DNA from: Candidatus Kaiserbacteria bacterium
GTDB lineage: Bacteria; Patescibacteriota; Minisyncoccia; Phycocordibacterales; UBA918
NCBI GenBank assembly: GCA_016204695.1
Contig: JACQKD010000008.1
Span: 33,178 to 97,177 of the forward strand
DNA: 64,000 nucleotides
Direction of reading: 5' to 3'
This document shows, piece after piece, positions 39,062-48,332 of this stretch. The notes under the pieces are model-generated. The model ran no database searches. It was not told where the DNA came from and saw nothing but the letters and a program-made list of their open reading frames with translations. A program made the translations under genes and the position numbers. How positions within the stretch are numbered: the stretch's first letter is position 1; each line of letters opens with the position of its first letter.

Positions 39062-39107
39062 AAAAATACAAACGGTCTGGGAGCATTATTGCTTGATCCC
39101 AGACCGT
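39062..39107 (-). terminator. rho-independent terminator downstream of purD (minus strand)
   Basis: 12-bp stem aacggtctggga / tcccagaccgtt, followed on the minus strand by tgtattttta. Confidence 0.6.
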
Positions 39108-39136
39108 TGCCGTCGTGTCTCCCTCGTTTTGTCGGC

Positions 39137-40423
39137 TTATCGGCGCAGAGCGCGGTAGCCGATGTCGCGGCGATAGTGCGCGTTCGGCCAGTGGATATGC
39201 TCCACTGCTTCATATGCTCCCGCTACGGCTCCCGCAAGTGTGGGTGCACGCTTTGTCACGCCAAGTACGCGCCCTCCGTTTGTCACTAACTGGTCGCCTT
39301 CCATGGCAGTTCCGGAATGAAAGACCCAGGTATCCGCCAACCCCTCGGCATCTGCTACGCCGCTGATCGGCACCCCGCTCGACCCTCCCTCGGGGTAGTC
39401 GCCTGCGGCCATGACGACACATGCCGCCGCGTCATCATGATAGTCAGCTTGCAGGCCACCCAAATTTCCTCGTGCGGCACCTTCGAGCAAGGGCAACAAA
39501 TCATTGTGCAGTCGGACGAGTAAGGGCTGTGTTTCCGGGTCGCCAAAACGCGCGTTGAACTCTATGACGTATGGGCGCCCCTCGACGATCATCAGCCCGA
39601 CGTATAGGACACCACGATATGGCATGCCGCGTGCCGCCATGCCGCCGACTGTCGGTTCGACAATCTCGGACATGACGCGCTGATGCAGCGCAGGAGTGAT
39701 CACGGGTGCGGGCGAATAAGCGCCCATTCCGCCGGTGTTGGGACCATGGTCGCCGGTGTAGACGCGCTTATGATCTTGCGCTACCGCTAAGGGCAGCACT
39801 GTTTCTCCGTCGACGAGTACATGAAAGGATGCTTCCTCGCCAACGAGGTACTGTTCAAGTAGTACGCAATCTCCGGCAGGACCGAAGATGTGTTGTCTCA
39901 TCGCGCGGCTGATGGCTTGCTGCGTTTCCGTAAAGGTGCTACACACAGTCACACCCTTTCCTGCGGCCAGGCCGTCAACCTTCACTACAAGCGGACGCTC
40001 CTTGTAGTCATGCTCCCGCGCGAACTTTTCTGCGACATCAAAGTTGTAACAAATCTTTGCGTCTGCGGTTGGGATGTCTTCTTCCCACATAAACTTTTTG
40101 GCAAATGCCTTACTCGTCTCGAGTTGGGCGGCCGCCTGTGTGGGGCCGAAGACGGCCAGTGGAGGATCGCATGCGGCAAACGCATCAGCGATGCCGAGCG
40201 ACAGTGGCAACTCGGGACCGACGACCGTTAAATCAACCCGCTGTTCGAGCGCAAAACGCTGCAGACCGAGGATATTGTCTACCGCGATGGGCACGTTTTC
40301 CGCCTGCCGTCGGGTTCCGGGATTGCCCGGTGCACAATAGAGCTTGGTAATGTGGGGACTCTGGGCGAGTTTCGACACGAGCGCGTGCTCGCGCCCGCCG
40401 TTTCCGATGACGAGGACTTTCAT
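39137..40423 (-). CDS. purD: phosphoribosylamine--glycine ligase
   Basis: MKVLVIGNGGREHALVSKLAQSP is a canonical PurD start, followed by an ATP-grasp domain. Confidence 0.9.
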   Translation of the reverse strand: MKVLVIGNGGREHALVSKLAQSPHITKLYCAPGNPGTRRQAENVPIAVDNILGLQRFALEQRVDLTVVGPELPLSLGIADAFAACDPPLAVFGPTQAAAQLETSKAFAKKFMWEEDIPTADAKICYNFDVAEKFAREHDYKERPLVVKVDGLAAGKGVTVCSTFTETQQAISRAMRQHIFGPAGDCVLLEQYLVGEEASFHVLVDGETVLPLAVAQDHKRVYTGDHGPNTGGMGAYSPAPVITPALHQRVMSEIVEPTVGGMAARGMPYRGVLYVGLMIVEGRPYVIEFNARFGDPETQPLLVRLHNDLLPLLEGAARGNLGGLQADYHDDAAACVVMAAGDYPEGGSSGVPISGVADAEGLADTWVFHSGTAMEGDQLVTNGGRVLGVTKRAPTLAGAVAGAYEAVEHIHWPNAHYRRDIGYRALRR

Positions 40424-40520
40424 ATGAGACTCCTCCTATGAGGTGGATGCCGAAGTGCCTTCTGCTCGCATACTAGCACAGTCGAACGCGGAAGAGACGA
40501 AAGTGGTCTAAAGTGTTAGA

Positions 40521-43500
40521 ATGGGCGATATTTTGAGTATGCAAGAAGGGAGAGAGATAAAAAAGACGCCAAGCGGGGAGAAAACCGACACTGCGAAGCG
40601 GGAGGAGGAAGTTTTGCAATTCTGGAAGGAGAACGGGATTTTTGAGAAGTCGCTTGCGAAAGAGGCGCCGAACGGAGAGTTTGTATTTTATGACGGGCCG
40701 CCGTTTGCGACGGGGCTTCCACACTATGGCCATGTGCTTGGCAGTACGGTCAAGGACGTTATTCCTCGGTATAAGACTATGTGTGGCTTCCATGTGCGGC
40801 GCGTCTGGGGCTGGGACTGCCACGGCCTGCCGATTGAGAACATGATCGAGAAGGAGCTCGGTCTGAAGTCGAAGAAGGACATTCTTGAAATGGGTATCGA
40901 CACATTCAACGAGGCCTGTCGTGCGGCGGTGATGCGGTTTGCCGACGAGTGGGAGAAATATGTGGATCGTATCGGAAGATGGGTGGAATTTCGCGGAGCG
41001 TATAAGACGATGGACAATTCGTACATCGAGTCCACATGGTGGGCTCTGAAGCAGATATACGAGAAAGGACTCCTCTATGAAGGTCGCAAGGTGCTCTTGT
41101 ACTGTCCGCACTGCGAGACCCCACTCTCGAAAGCCGAAATCGCGATGGATAATTCGTACAAGGAAGATCTAACGCAAGCAGTAACGGTAAAATTTAAAAT
41201 AGAAAATCCTGAAAAGCTTGGCCTCCAGGGAGACACATATCTTCTTGCTTGGACTACAACTCCGTGGACGCTTCCCGGGAATGTTGCCCTTGCTGTTAGA
41301 CCAGATATTAAGTATGTTCTCGTATGCACTCTGAATGTTTCAAAGCGTGCCAAAGAAGGTCTGGTTGAGTATGAGAATGTGATTATCGCCGAGGATATAT
41401 TTGAGAATCTTTATTCAGAAAAAAACACAGATCCTAAAAAACTTGGCTTTGGGTTAGTGTATGCACACCACCAGAAGGAGGGAGAGGAGCCGATTAAGGG
41501 GCCGGAGTCGGTAAAAACCTTTTTGGGGTCTGATCTAGAAGGTCTTTCTTATCGTCCGCTTTTCGATATCCCGAAAGTCGTTGCTCAACAAAAAGAGAAA
41601 GCGTTCACAGTTCTACCTGCGGACTTTGTCACGACAACAGAAGGTACTGGTATCGTGCATACTGCAGTGATATACGGCGAGGACGACTATCAGCTCGGAC
41701 TTGCAAACGATTTGCCGATGGTGCCGCTTCTCGACGCGAGTGGAAATTTCAACGACGACGCTCCTTCAGAAATTCGAAGACAGTATTTTAAAAAGGCCGA
41801 GAAAACAATAATAGAATATTTAGATAGCAAGAATCTAATCTTTACGGAAGAATACACACACAGCTATCCGCATTGCCATCGGTGCGGCACGGCGCTCATC
41901 TATAATGCGCTGGTTTCGTGGTTCATCAATATCCAAAAGGTCAAAGACCGGATGCTTGCGACGAACGAAGATATCAACTGGGTGCCGAGTCACCTGAAAG
42001 AAGGTCGGTACAAAAACATCGTGGAGAACGCGCCCGATTGGACCATTTCGCGCAATCGCTTTTGGGCATCGCCCATGCCGATTTGGAAAAATGCGGAAAC
42101 CGGCGCACTCACCGTCATCGGCTCGTTTGAGGAACTGGAAAAACACACAAAGCGTTCGGGCAATACGTACTTCCTGATGCGCCATGGGGAAGCACTTTCA
42201 AATACCACCAACACACATAATCACGATCTGTCGGTCAAAAATCCGCTTACCGAAAAAGGCAAACAAGAAGTCGAGCGTACGGCCGAAATGTTGAAAGACA
42301 AAAATATTCAGTACATTTATACGTCTCCGATGGAGCGTGCGCGGGAGACTGCGGCTATGCTTGCGAACACACTCGGTCTTTCCGCAGACCGCATCGTTGT
42401 CCACAACGGCCTGACCGAAGTGAACGGAGGAATCTTTGAGGGAAAGCCGATATCCGACTACCATGCGTATTTCGCAACACGAACGGAACGCCTCACGAAG
42501 ACGCCGGAGGACGGGGAAAATTGGATGGATACGAAACGTAACATCACGTCGGTCTTGTATGAAATCGAGGAGAAGCATGCGGGGGCGGGTGTCGTACTCG
42601 TGTCTCATAACGGCCCCCTCCAGATGCTACAGGCGGGCGCAAAGGGATTGGATACAGCAGAGACGGCGAAGATAATGGAAGACAAAGCGTACTTCGTTGA
42701 ACCGGGAGATGTCCGTGAGTTTGACTTTACGCCGCTTCCGCATAACAAAGACTACGAGCTTGATTTTCATCGGCCGTATATCGACGGTGTCACGCTCGTT
42801 GACGAAAGCGGTGCGGAGCTTGCGCGCGCGCCGGAGGTGATAGACGGGTGGGTGGAATCCGGCTCGATGCCGTTTGCGGAGCGACACTATCCGTTTGAGA
42901 GTACGGACGAGTTTGAGCCGAAAGAGAACAAGGCATATCCCGCTGATTTCATCGCCGAATACATCGCGCAAACGCGCACATGGTTTTACTACATGCACGC
43001 GGTTTCGGTGCTTCTTTTTGATAAGCCGAGTTTCAAGAATGTGGTGACTACCGGTACGATTCTCGCGGCTGACGGCTCGAAGATGAGCAAATCGAAGAAG
43101 AACTTTACCGACCCACTATTGGTTGTAGATCAATTTGGCGCTGATGCGCTCCGCTATTACCTTATGTCGAGCGTCGTGATGCAGGCGGAAGATATGAACT
43201 TCCGAGACGAGGAACTGCGCGAAGCGCACAATCGAGTCGTGCAGATGCTGTGGAATACGTACACATTCTATGACATGTACAAGGGCGACAGTCTTTCGGA
43301 GAAATTGCCGGACGAAAGCTCGTCGGTGCTCGATAGATGGATACTCGCGCGGCTCAATCAGCTGGTTGCGGAGACAACCGACGCTTTCGAAATATACGAC
43401 ATGCCCCGAGCGACGAGGCCGATACGCGAGTTCGTCGAAGATTTTTCCACGTGGTATATCCGCCGCTCGCGAGATCGGTTCAAGAGCGAGGATGCAAAAG

Positions 43501-44156
43501 ACCGCGCGTATGCTGTTGCGACGACGCGGTATGTGCTCTTGACGCTCTCGAAGCTCATCGCGCCCGTGATGCCGTTCATCGCCGAGAGTATTTATAAAGG
43601 AGCCGGCGGCGAGAAAGAAAGCGTGCATCTTGAGACATGGCCGGAGGCGGGGCAAGTTGACACAAAACTCATTGAAGATATGTCAGACGTTCGAAATATC
43701 GTATCTCTTGCATTGGAGGCACGAAGCAAAGCAGGTATCAAAGTGCGCCAGCCATTGGCGGGGGTTATTGTGCGTGTCGACTCGGTCATTTTTGAAAATC
43801 AGGCGCTCATCGAACTCGTCAAGGACGAGATCAATGTAAAGGAGGTGGTGTCTACGAGGACATGGTCCGAGTCGGTTGTGCTCGACACAACAATCACCGA
43901 ATCTCTCAAGCAAGAAGGCATGGCGCGAGAGCTTATGCGGGCGATCCAGGAGCTTCGCAAGACGGAGGGACTGGCGCCGAGCGACCGTATTGCACTCATC
44001 ATAAAAGCGCCGGAAGAGGGGAAGACAATGATTGAAACGCACAGGGCTGACATCATGCGCACGACGGGAGCGGACGTGCTTCTCCTTGCAGATACCGAGG
44101 GCACTCCGGTCACCATTGATGGCGCGCAGTACGTTGTTCGTGTGGAGAAGAAATAA
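40521..44156 (+). CDS. ileS: isoleucine--tRNA ligase carrying an inserted histidine-phosphatase (PGAM-like) domain
   Basis: HIGH (PHYGHV), CP1 editing region, KMSKS (KMSKSKKN) and anticodon-binding domain are all present. At 1211 aa it is long for IleS. Between WTISRNRFWASPMPIW and WVESGSMPFA sit about 190 aa with RHG, SPMERARETA and VSHNGPL motifs of the histidine phosphatase superfamily. Confidence 0.85.
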   Translation: MGDILSMQEGREIKKTPSGEKTDTAKREEEVLQFWKENGIFEKSLAKEAPNGEFVFYDGPPFATGLPHYGHVLGSTVKDVIPRYKTMCGFHVRRVWGWDCHGLPIENMIEKELGLKSKKDILEMGIDTFNEACRAAVMRFADEWEKYVDRIGRWVEFRGAYKTMDNSYIESTWWALKQIYEKGLLYEGRKVLLYCPHCETPLSKAEIAMDNSYKEDLTQAVTVKFKIENPEKLGLQGDTYLLAWTTTPWTLPGNVALAVRPDIKYVLVCTLNVSKRAKEGLVEYENVIIAEDIFENLYSEKNTDPKKLGFGLVYAHHQKEGEEPIKGPESVKTFLGSDLEGLSYRPLFDIPKVVAQQKEKAFTVLPADFVTTTEGTGIVHTAVIYGEDDYQLGLANDLPMVPLLDASGNFNDDAPSEIRRQYFKKAEKTIIEYLDSKNLIFTEEYTHSYPHCHRCGTALIYNALVSWFINIQKVKDRMLATNEDINWVPSHLKEGRYKNIVENAPDWTISRNRFWASPMPIWKNAETGALTVIGSFEELEKHTKRSGNTYFLMRHGEALSNTTNTHNHDLSVKNPLTEKGKQEVERTAEMLKDKNIQYIYTSPMERARETAAMLANTLGLSADRIVVHNGLTEVNGGIFEGKPISDYHAYFATRTERLTKTPEDGENWMDTKRNITSVLYEIEEKHAGAGVVLVSHNGPLQMLQAGAKGLDTAETAKIMEDKAYFVEPGDVREFDFTPLPHNKDYELDFHRPYIDGVTLVDESGAELARAPEVIDGWVESGSMPFAERHYPFESTDEFEPKENKAYPADFIAEYIAQTRTWFYYMHAVSVLLFDKPSFKNVVTTGTILAADGSKMSKSKKNFTDPLLVVDQFGADALRYYLMSSVVMQAEDMNFRDEELREAHNRVVQMLWNTYTFYDMYKGDSLSEKLPDESSSVLDRWILARLNQLVAETTDAFEIYDMPRATRPIREFVEDFSTWYIRRSRDRFKSEDAKDRAYAVATTRYVLLTLSKLIAPVMPFIAESIYKGAGGEKESVHLETWPEAGQVDTKLIEDMSDVRNIVSLALEARSKAGIKVRQPLAGVIVRVDSVIFENQALIELVKDEINVKEVVSTRTWSESVVLDTTITESLKQEGMARELMRAIQELRKTEGLAPSDRIALIIKAPEEGKTMIETHRADIMRTTGADVLLLADTEGTPVTIDGAQYVVRVEKK

Positions 44157-44175
44157 CTAACGGAGAAAGAGAGCA

Positions 44176-44763
44176 ATGGCCTATCAGACATACACGACGG
44201 ACGCGCTCGTCATCGGCAGTGCCGACCATCTCACCGCCGATCGCTGGATCGCGCTTTTCACCCGCGACGCGGGGCTCGTCCATGCGCGGGCGATAAGCGT
44301 GCGGAAAGAACAGTCGAAACTCCGGTACGGCTTGCAAGATTTTTCGTTGGCGCGCGTGTCGCTCGTCCGCGGGAAAAGCGGCTGGCGCATCATCGGCGCG
44401 GAGCGTGCGCACAACTTGTATTTCGCCACCCCCGACCGGGAGGTTCGGGCCGCGATGTTGCGTATCGTTCGGTTTCTCCGTCGTCTCGTGCAGGGCGAAG
44501 AAACGAACGTGCCGCTCTACGACATGCTTATCGACGGTCTTGTGGTACTTGCTTCCTCCCCGGGAGACGAGATTGTTCGAGTCGAGCGTGTACTGACCCT
44601 TCGGGTCTTATCCGCACTCGGCTATGTCGCGCCGCATAGCGATTATCGGCATATGCTCTCCGTCCCCTCGCTTGGAGAAGCGCTTTCTGTCACCGGAAAA
44701 GAAACGGAAGAGCAGAGCATACAATCGGCAATCGACGAAGCGCTCGCCGTAAGCCAGCTCTGA
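44176..44763 (+). CDS. recO: DNA repair protein RecO (short form)
   Basis: N-terminal OB-fold (TDALVIGSADHLTADRWIALFTRDAGLVHARA) and a helical C-terminal region. Confidence 0.6.
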   Translation: MAYQTYTTDALVIGSADHLTADRWIALFTRDAGLVHARAISVRKEQSKLRYGLQDFSLARVSLVRGKSGWRIIGAERAHNLYFATPDREVRAAMLRIVRFLRRLVQGEETNVPLYDMLIDGLVVLASSPGDEIVRVERVLTLRVLSALGYVAPHSDYRHMLSVPSLGEALSVTGKETEEQSIQSAIDEALAVSQL

Positions 44764-44801
44764 CACGTCCGGTTTTTGATTCTAATGCTATACTGGGCCA
44801 T

Positions 44802-46925
44802 ATGGCGGACGATCGGCGTATGCGCCAAAAAACAGAGCAAGAAAAGACATCAGAGAAGTCGGTTGTCGATTCGCCTCTCCGCAAAGAGGCGGGGCGCGAA
44901 GAAGAGTTGAAGAGTATGCGGGACCGGCTCTATTCCCGCACGCAACAACCCGAGCGATGGGAGCGTCACGCTCTTTCGGATGTTCCGGTTGTTGCAAGGA
45001 ATTCTTCAAAAAACCCTTCGAGCATGCAGGATATAGCGCCGCCGATTTCTCCCCGAAGGATTGACAAACCGCTCGAACGTCCAAACGGCGGACACTGGCC
45101 TCCGAGACCGATGCGTGAGACGCCCGATACCGAGTCGGTGTCGGCCGTATCGGAGCCGGAAAGCATATCGTCTATGTCGCAACAACCCAAGAAGATAGCG
45201 CTTAAAGGGTATCGCATAAAGATCGTCGCGATCGCGGCACTCTTTTTTGTCGTCGCGCTGGTGCTCTCAAGCTCTTTTTTATTTTTCGGACAGAATACTA
45301 TTTCCGGCGACAATATCGCTATCGCCGTCGAGGCGCCGTTTGCGGTCGGCGGCGGCGAGGAGCTGGCGCTTACCGCCTCGATCACCAACAAGAATGCCGT
45401 CCCTGTCGAGTCGGCGACGCTGATTGTGGAGTATCCGCCCGGTACCCAGGAAACCGCGACGCCCGGCAAGGAACTCTTCCGCGAGCGCATTCCGCTCGGT
45501 AACATCAAGCAGGGCGAAGTGCTCACGATCCCCGTAAAGGCGAAGCTTTTTGGCGAGGAAAACGAAGAGAAGACAATCATCGTCTCCGTGGAATATCGGG
45601 TGGAAGGATCGAATGCTACTTTTTTCAAAGAGGCGGATCCGATTGTGGTGAAGATCAGCTCTTCACCGGTGGTGCTTTCGATTGACGGCGTGTCGGAGAT
45701 CTCGTCGGGACAGGAGGTGACGCTTACGCTCACCGTCGCGTCGAACTCTCCCTCCGCGATTGAGAACCTTCTGGTGCAAGCGGAATATCCGTTCGGTTTT
45801 GATTTCAGCGAGTCGGAGCCGCGGCCTGCAAAAGGCCAAAATGTGTGGGCCATCGGTACGCTCGCGCCGGGGGCGCAGACAAAAATCACGGTCAAGGGCG
45901 TCATGGTCGGAGGAAAATCCGAAGAACGTTCTTTCAAATTCTCCGCCGGCTTGCCGAACGAACGAGATCGCTTCGCTCTCGCGTCCGCACTCACGAGCAT
46001 ATCCACCGATATCGGCCTTACCGATCCGTTCGTCGGACTCGCGGTCACGCTCAACGGGAAAACAGACAAAACAATCTCGGTCGCGCAAGACGACAATGTC
46101 ATGGCAACAATCGTGTTCACGAACACGCTTTCCGATACAATCTATGACGGCACGATCAAAGTCACCCTTTCGGGGAACGGGCTGGATTCGAGTACCATAC
46201 AGGTCACGCAAGGATTTTATGACTCTTCGTCGCGCACCATCGTCTGGGATAGAAATAACACCTCCGGTCTTGCGGCACTTGAGCCGGGGGAGGAACAAAG
46301 AGTCGATTTCAGTATCGGCGGTGTCAATCTTGCCGCCGAGCGTACGCCGCAGGTGTCCTTCGATGTGTCGGTAGCCGGACGGCGCGTCTCGGAGGAACGG
46401 GTGCCGCAGGGACTCACCAACATAGAGTCGCGTACCGTGCGATTCGAAAGTGTGACGGCGCTGTCTTCCTACGGGCTGTATTCGAGCGGCCCGTTCACCA
46501 ATGCCGGCCCCATGCCGCCGCGCGCCGAGTCTCCGACTCAATACACGATCATGGTCGGCGCCAAAAACGGCAGTAACGAGCTCTCCGACGCCACGGTGAC
46601 TATGGCGCTTCCGGCATATGTAACGTGGCAGAATGTCGTCTCGGGCGGCGATACGATGACGTACAATCCAAACACGCGCGAAGTGGCGTGGACCATCGGC
46701 GGACTTGGAGCGAACGGATCCGCCGAAGGGTCTTTTCAGGTAACCTTCTTGCCGAGCGTCTCGCAAGTTGGTACCGTACCGGTGCTCGTGGGTGAGCAAC
46801 GCCTGCGCGCGACCGACCGCTTCACCGGCAGTGTGGTGCGCGCGACCGCCTCGGCTGTGACGACGTATATTCCCCAAGACCCCAATCCGGAAGCGCAGAC
46901 CGGGCGGGTGCTTCCCAAACAGTAA
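44802..46925 (+). CDS. large membrane-anchored protein with repeated extracellular beta-sandwich-like domains
   Basis: About 140 aa of Pro/Ser-rich cytoplasmic N-terminus, one TM helix (IVAIAALFFVVALVLSSSFLFF), then about 540 aa of Thr/Val/Gly-rich repeated beta-type segments. The antisense ORFs 44966..46126 and 45663..46877 are rejected. Confidence 0.55.
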   Translation: MADDRRMRQKTEQEKTSEKSVVDSPLRKEAGREEELKSMRDRLYSRTQQPERWERHALSDVPVVARNSSKNPSSMQDIAPPISPRRIDKPLERPNGGHWPPRPMRETPDTESVSAVSEPESISSMSQQPKKIALKGYRIKIVAIAALFFVVALVLSSSFLFFGQNTISGDNIAIAVEAPFAVGGGEELALTASITNKNAVPVESATLIVEYPPGTQETATPGKELFRERIPLGNIKQGEVLTIPVKAKLFGEENEEKTIIVSVEYRVEGSNATFFKEADPIVVKISSSPVVLSIDGVSEISSGQEVTLTLTVASNSPSAIENLLVQAEYPFGFDFSESEPRPAKGQNVWAIGTLAPGAQTKITVKGVMVGGKSEERSFKFSAGLPNERDRFALASALTSISTDIGLTDPFVGLAVTLNGKTDKTISVAQDDNVMATIVFTNTLSDTIYDGTIKVTLSGNGLDSSTIQVTQGFYDSSSRTIVWDRNNTSGLAALEPGEEQRVDFSIGGVNLAAERTPQVSFDVSVAGRRVSEERVPQGLTNIESRTVRFESVTALSSYGLYSSGPFTNAGPMPPRAESPTQYTIMVGAKNGSNELSDATVTMALPAYVTWQNVVSGGDTMTYNPNTREVAWTIGGLGANGSAEGSFQVTFLPSVSQVGTVPVLVGEQRLRATDRFTGSVVRATASAVTTYIPQDPNPEAQTGRVLPKQ

Positions 46926-46942
46926 TTTCTACGACATTCCTT

Positions 46943-48328
46943 ATGGCCGAACATAAAGAGGGTACAACCATGGAAAAAATCGTCTCGCTGTGCAAGCGAC
47001 GCGGCTTCGTCTACCAAGGTTCCGAAATCTACGGCGGCCTTGCCGGCACATGGGACTACGGCCCGCTTGGTGTCGCACTGAATGAGAACATCAAACGCTA
47101 TTGGTGGAAAAAGTTTGCGGAAGAACGCGATGATATCTATCCGATAGACGCCTCTATCCTTATGCACCCGCGGGTGTGGGAAGCGTCCGGGCATACCGAA
47201 GGATTTACCGACCCGCTCGTTGAGGACAAGGTAACACATAAGCGATATCGCGCCGACCACATCCTCGAGGATGCCGGCGTCGATGTGAAAAACATGTCGG
47301 TCGCCGACATGGGCGAGAAAATGCGCGAGCTCAAACTTACGAGTCCCGACGGTCATCCGCTCACCGAGCCGAAAGTATTCAATCTTCTCGTCGAGGCGGG
47401 CATCGGCGCCGTGGAAGGGGAGAAGGAAAAAGTCTATCTGCGGGGCGAGATCACCCAAGGGGTGCATGTAAATTTTAAAAATGTCGTTGATTCCGTGCAC
47501 CCCAAGCTCCCGTTCGGCATCGCGCAGGTCGGCAAGGCCTTCCGCAACGAGATTGTGCCGGGCAACTTTCTTTTCCGCGTTCGCGAGTTTGAGCAGATGG
47601 AATTGCAATACTACATTCGGCCGGAAGATGCCGAAGGCAAGAAACAATACGAGTATTGGAAAGAGTTCAGTATGGAGTGGTACAAAGGGCTTGGTATTCG
47701 TCCGGAGAATCTTCGCTTTCGCCAACATGAGGAACACGAACGCGCGCACTATGCGCAGGATGCGTGGGATATCGAATTCAATACGCCGTTCGGGTGGAAA
47801 GAAGCGTGGGGCATCCATCATCGCGGCGACTGGGATATCCGCCGGCACAAAGAGTATTCCGGCCAGTCGCTTGAGTATGTTGATGAAAATGGCGAAAAGA
47901 TTGTCCCGTGGATTATCGAAACGTCCGGAGGTGCAGGGAGGGCATTCCTCTTTGTCTTGCTTGATGCCTACCGCGAGGATGAGCTAGGAGGAGAACTGCG
48001 TGCGTATCTTGCACTTGACCCGAAGATTGCGCCGATTCGCGCGGCGGTATTTCCGCTGTTGAAGAACAAACCGGAGCTTGTGGAGAAGGCGAAAGAAGTG
48101 CGGGCGCTGCTCCGCAAGACGATTCCGAATATCGCGTGGGACGACAACGGCAACATCGGCAAGCGCTACCGCCGCCAAGACGAGATCGGCACGCCGCACT
48201 GCATCACCATCGACTTCGACACGCTTGAAGGCGACCAAAAAGACACCGTCACCGTCCGCGACCGCGACACCGGCTCACAAAAGCGTGTCGCGATCGCCGA
48301 CCTTGCTTCGGCTGTTATGGAAGCGTAA
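46943..48328 (+). CDS. glyQS: glycine--tRNA ligase (alpha2 dimeric type)
   Basis: Class II motifs (...FRNEI..., GGAGRAFL...) and the N-terminal KRRGFVYQGSEIYGGLAGTWDYGPLG typical of GlyQS. Confidence 0.85.
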   Translation: MAEHKEGTTMEKIVSLCKRRGFVYQGSEIYGGLAGTWDYGPLGVALNENIKRYWWKKFAEERDDIYPIDASILMHPRVWEASGHTEGFTDPLVEDKVTHKRYRADHILEDAGVDVKNMSVADMGEKMRELKLTSPDGHPLTEPKVFNLLVEAGIGAVEGEKEKVYLRGEITQGVHVNFKNVVDSVHPKLPFGIAQVGKAFRNEIVPGNFLFRVREFEQMELQYYIRPEDAEGKKQYEYWKEFSMEWYKGLGIRPENLRFRQHEEHERAHYAQDAWDIEFNTPFGWKEAWGIHHRGDWDIRRHKEYSGQSLEYVDENGEKIVPWIIETSGGAGRAFLFVLLDAYREDELGGELRAYLALDPKIAPIRAAVFPLLKNKPELVEKAKEVRALLRKTIPNIAWDDNGNIGKRYRRQDEIGTPHCITIDFDTLEGDQKDTVTVRDRDTGSQKRVAIADLASAVMEA

Positions 48329-48332
48329 GGTG

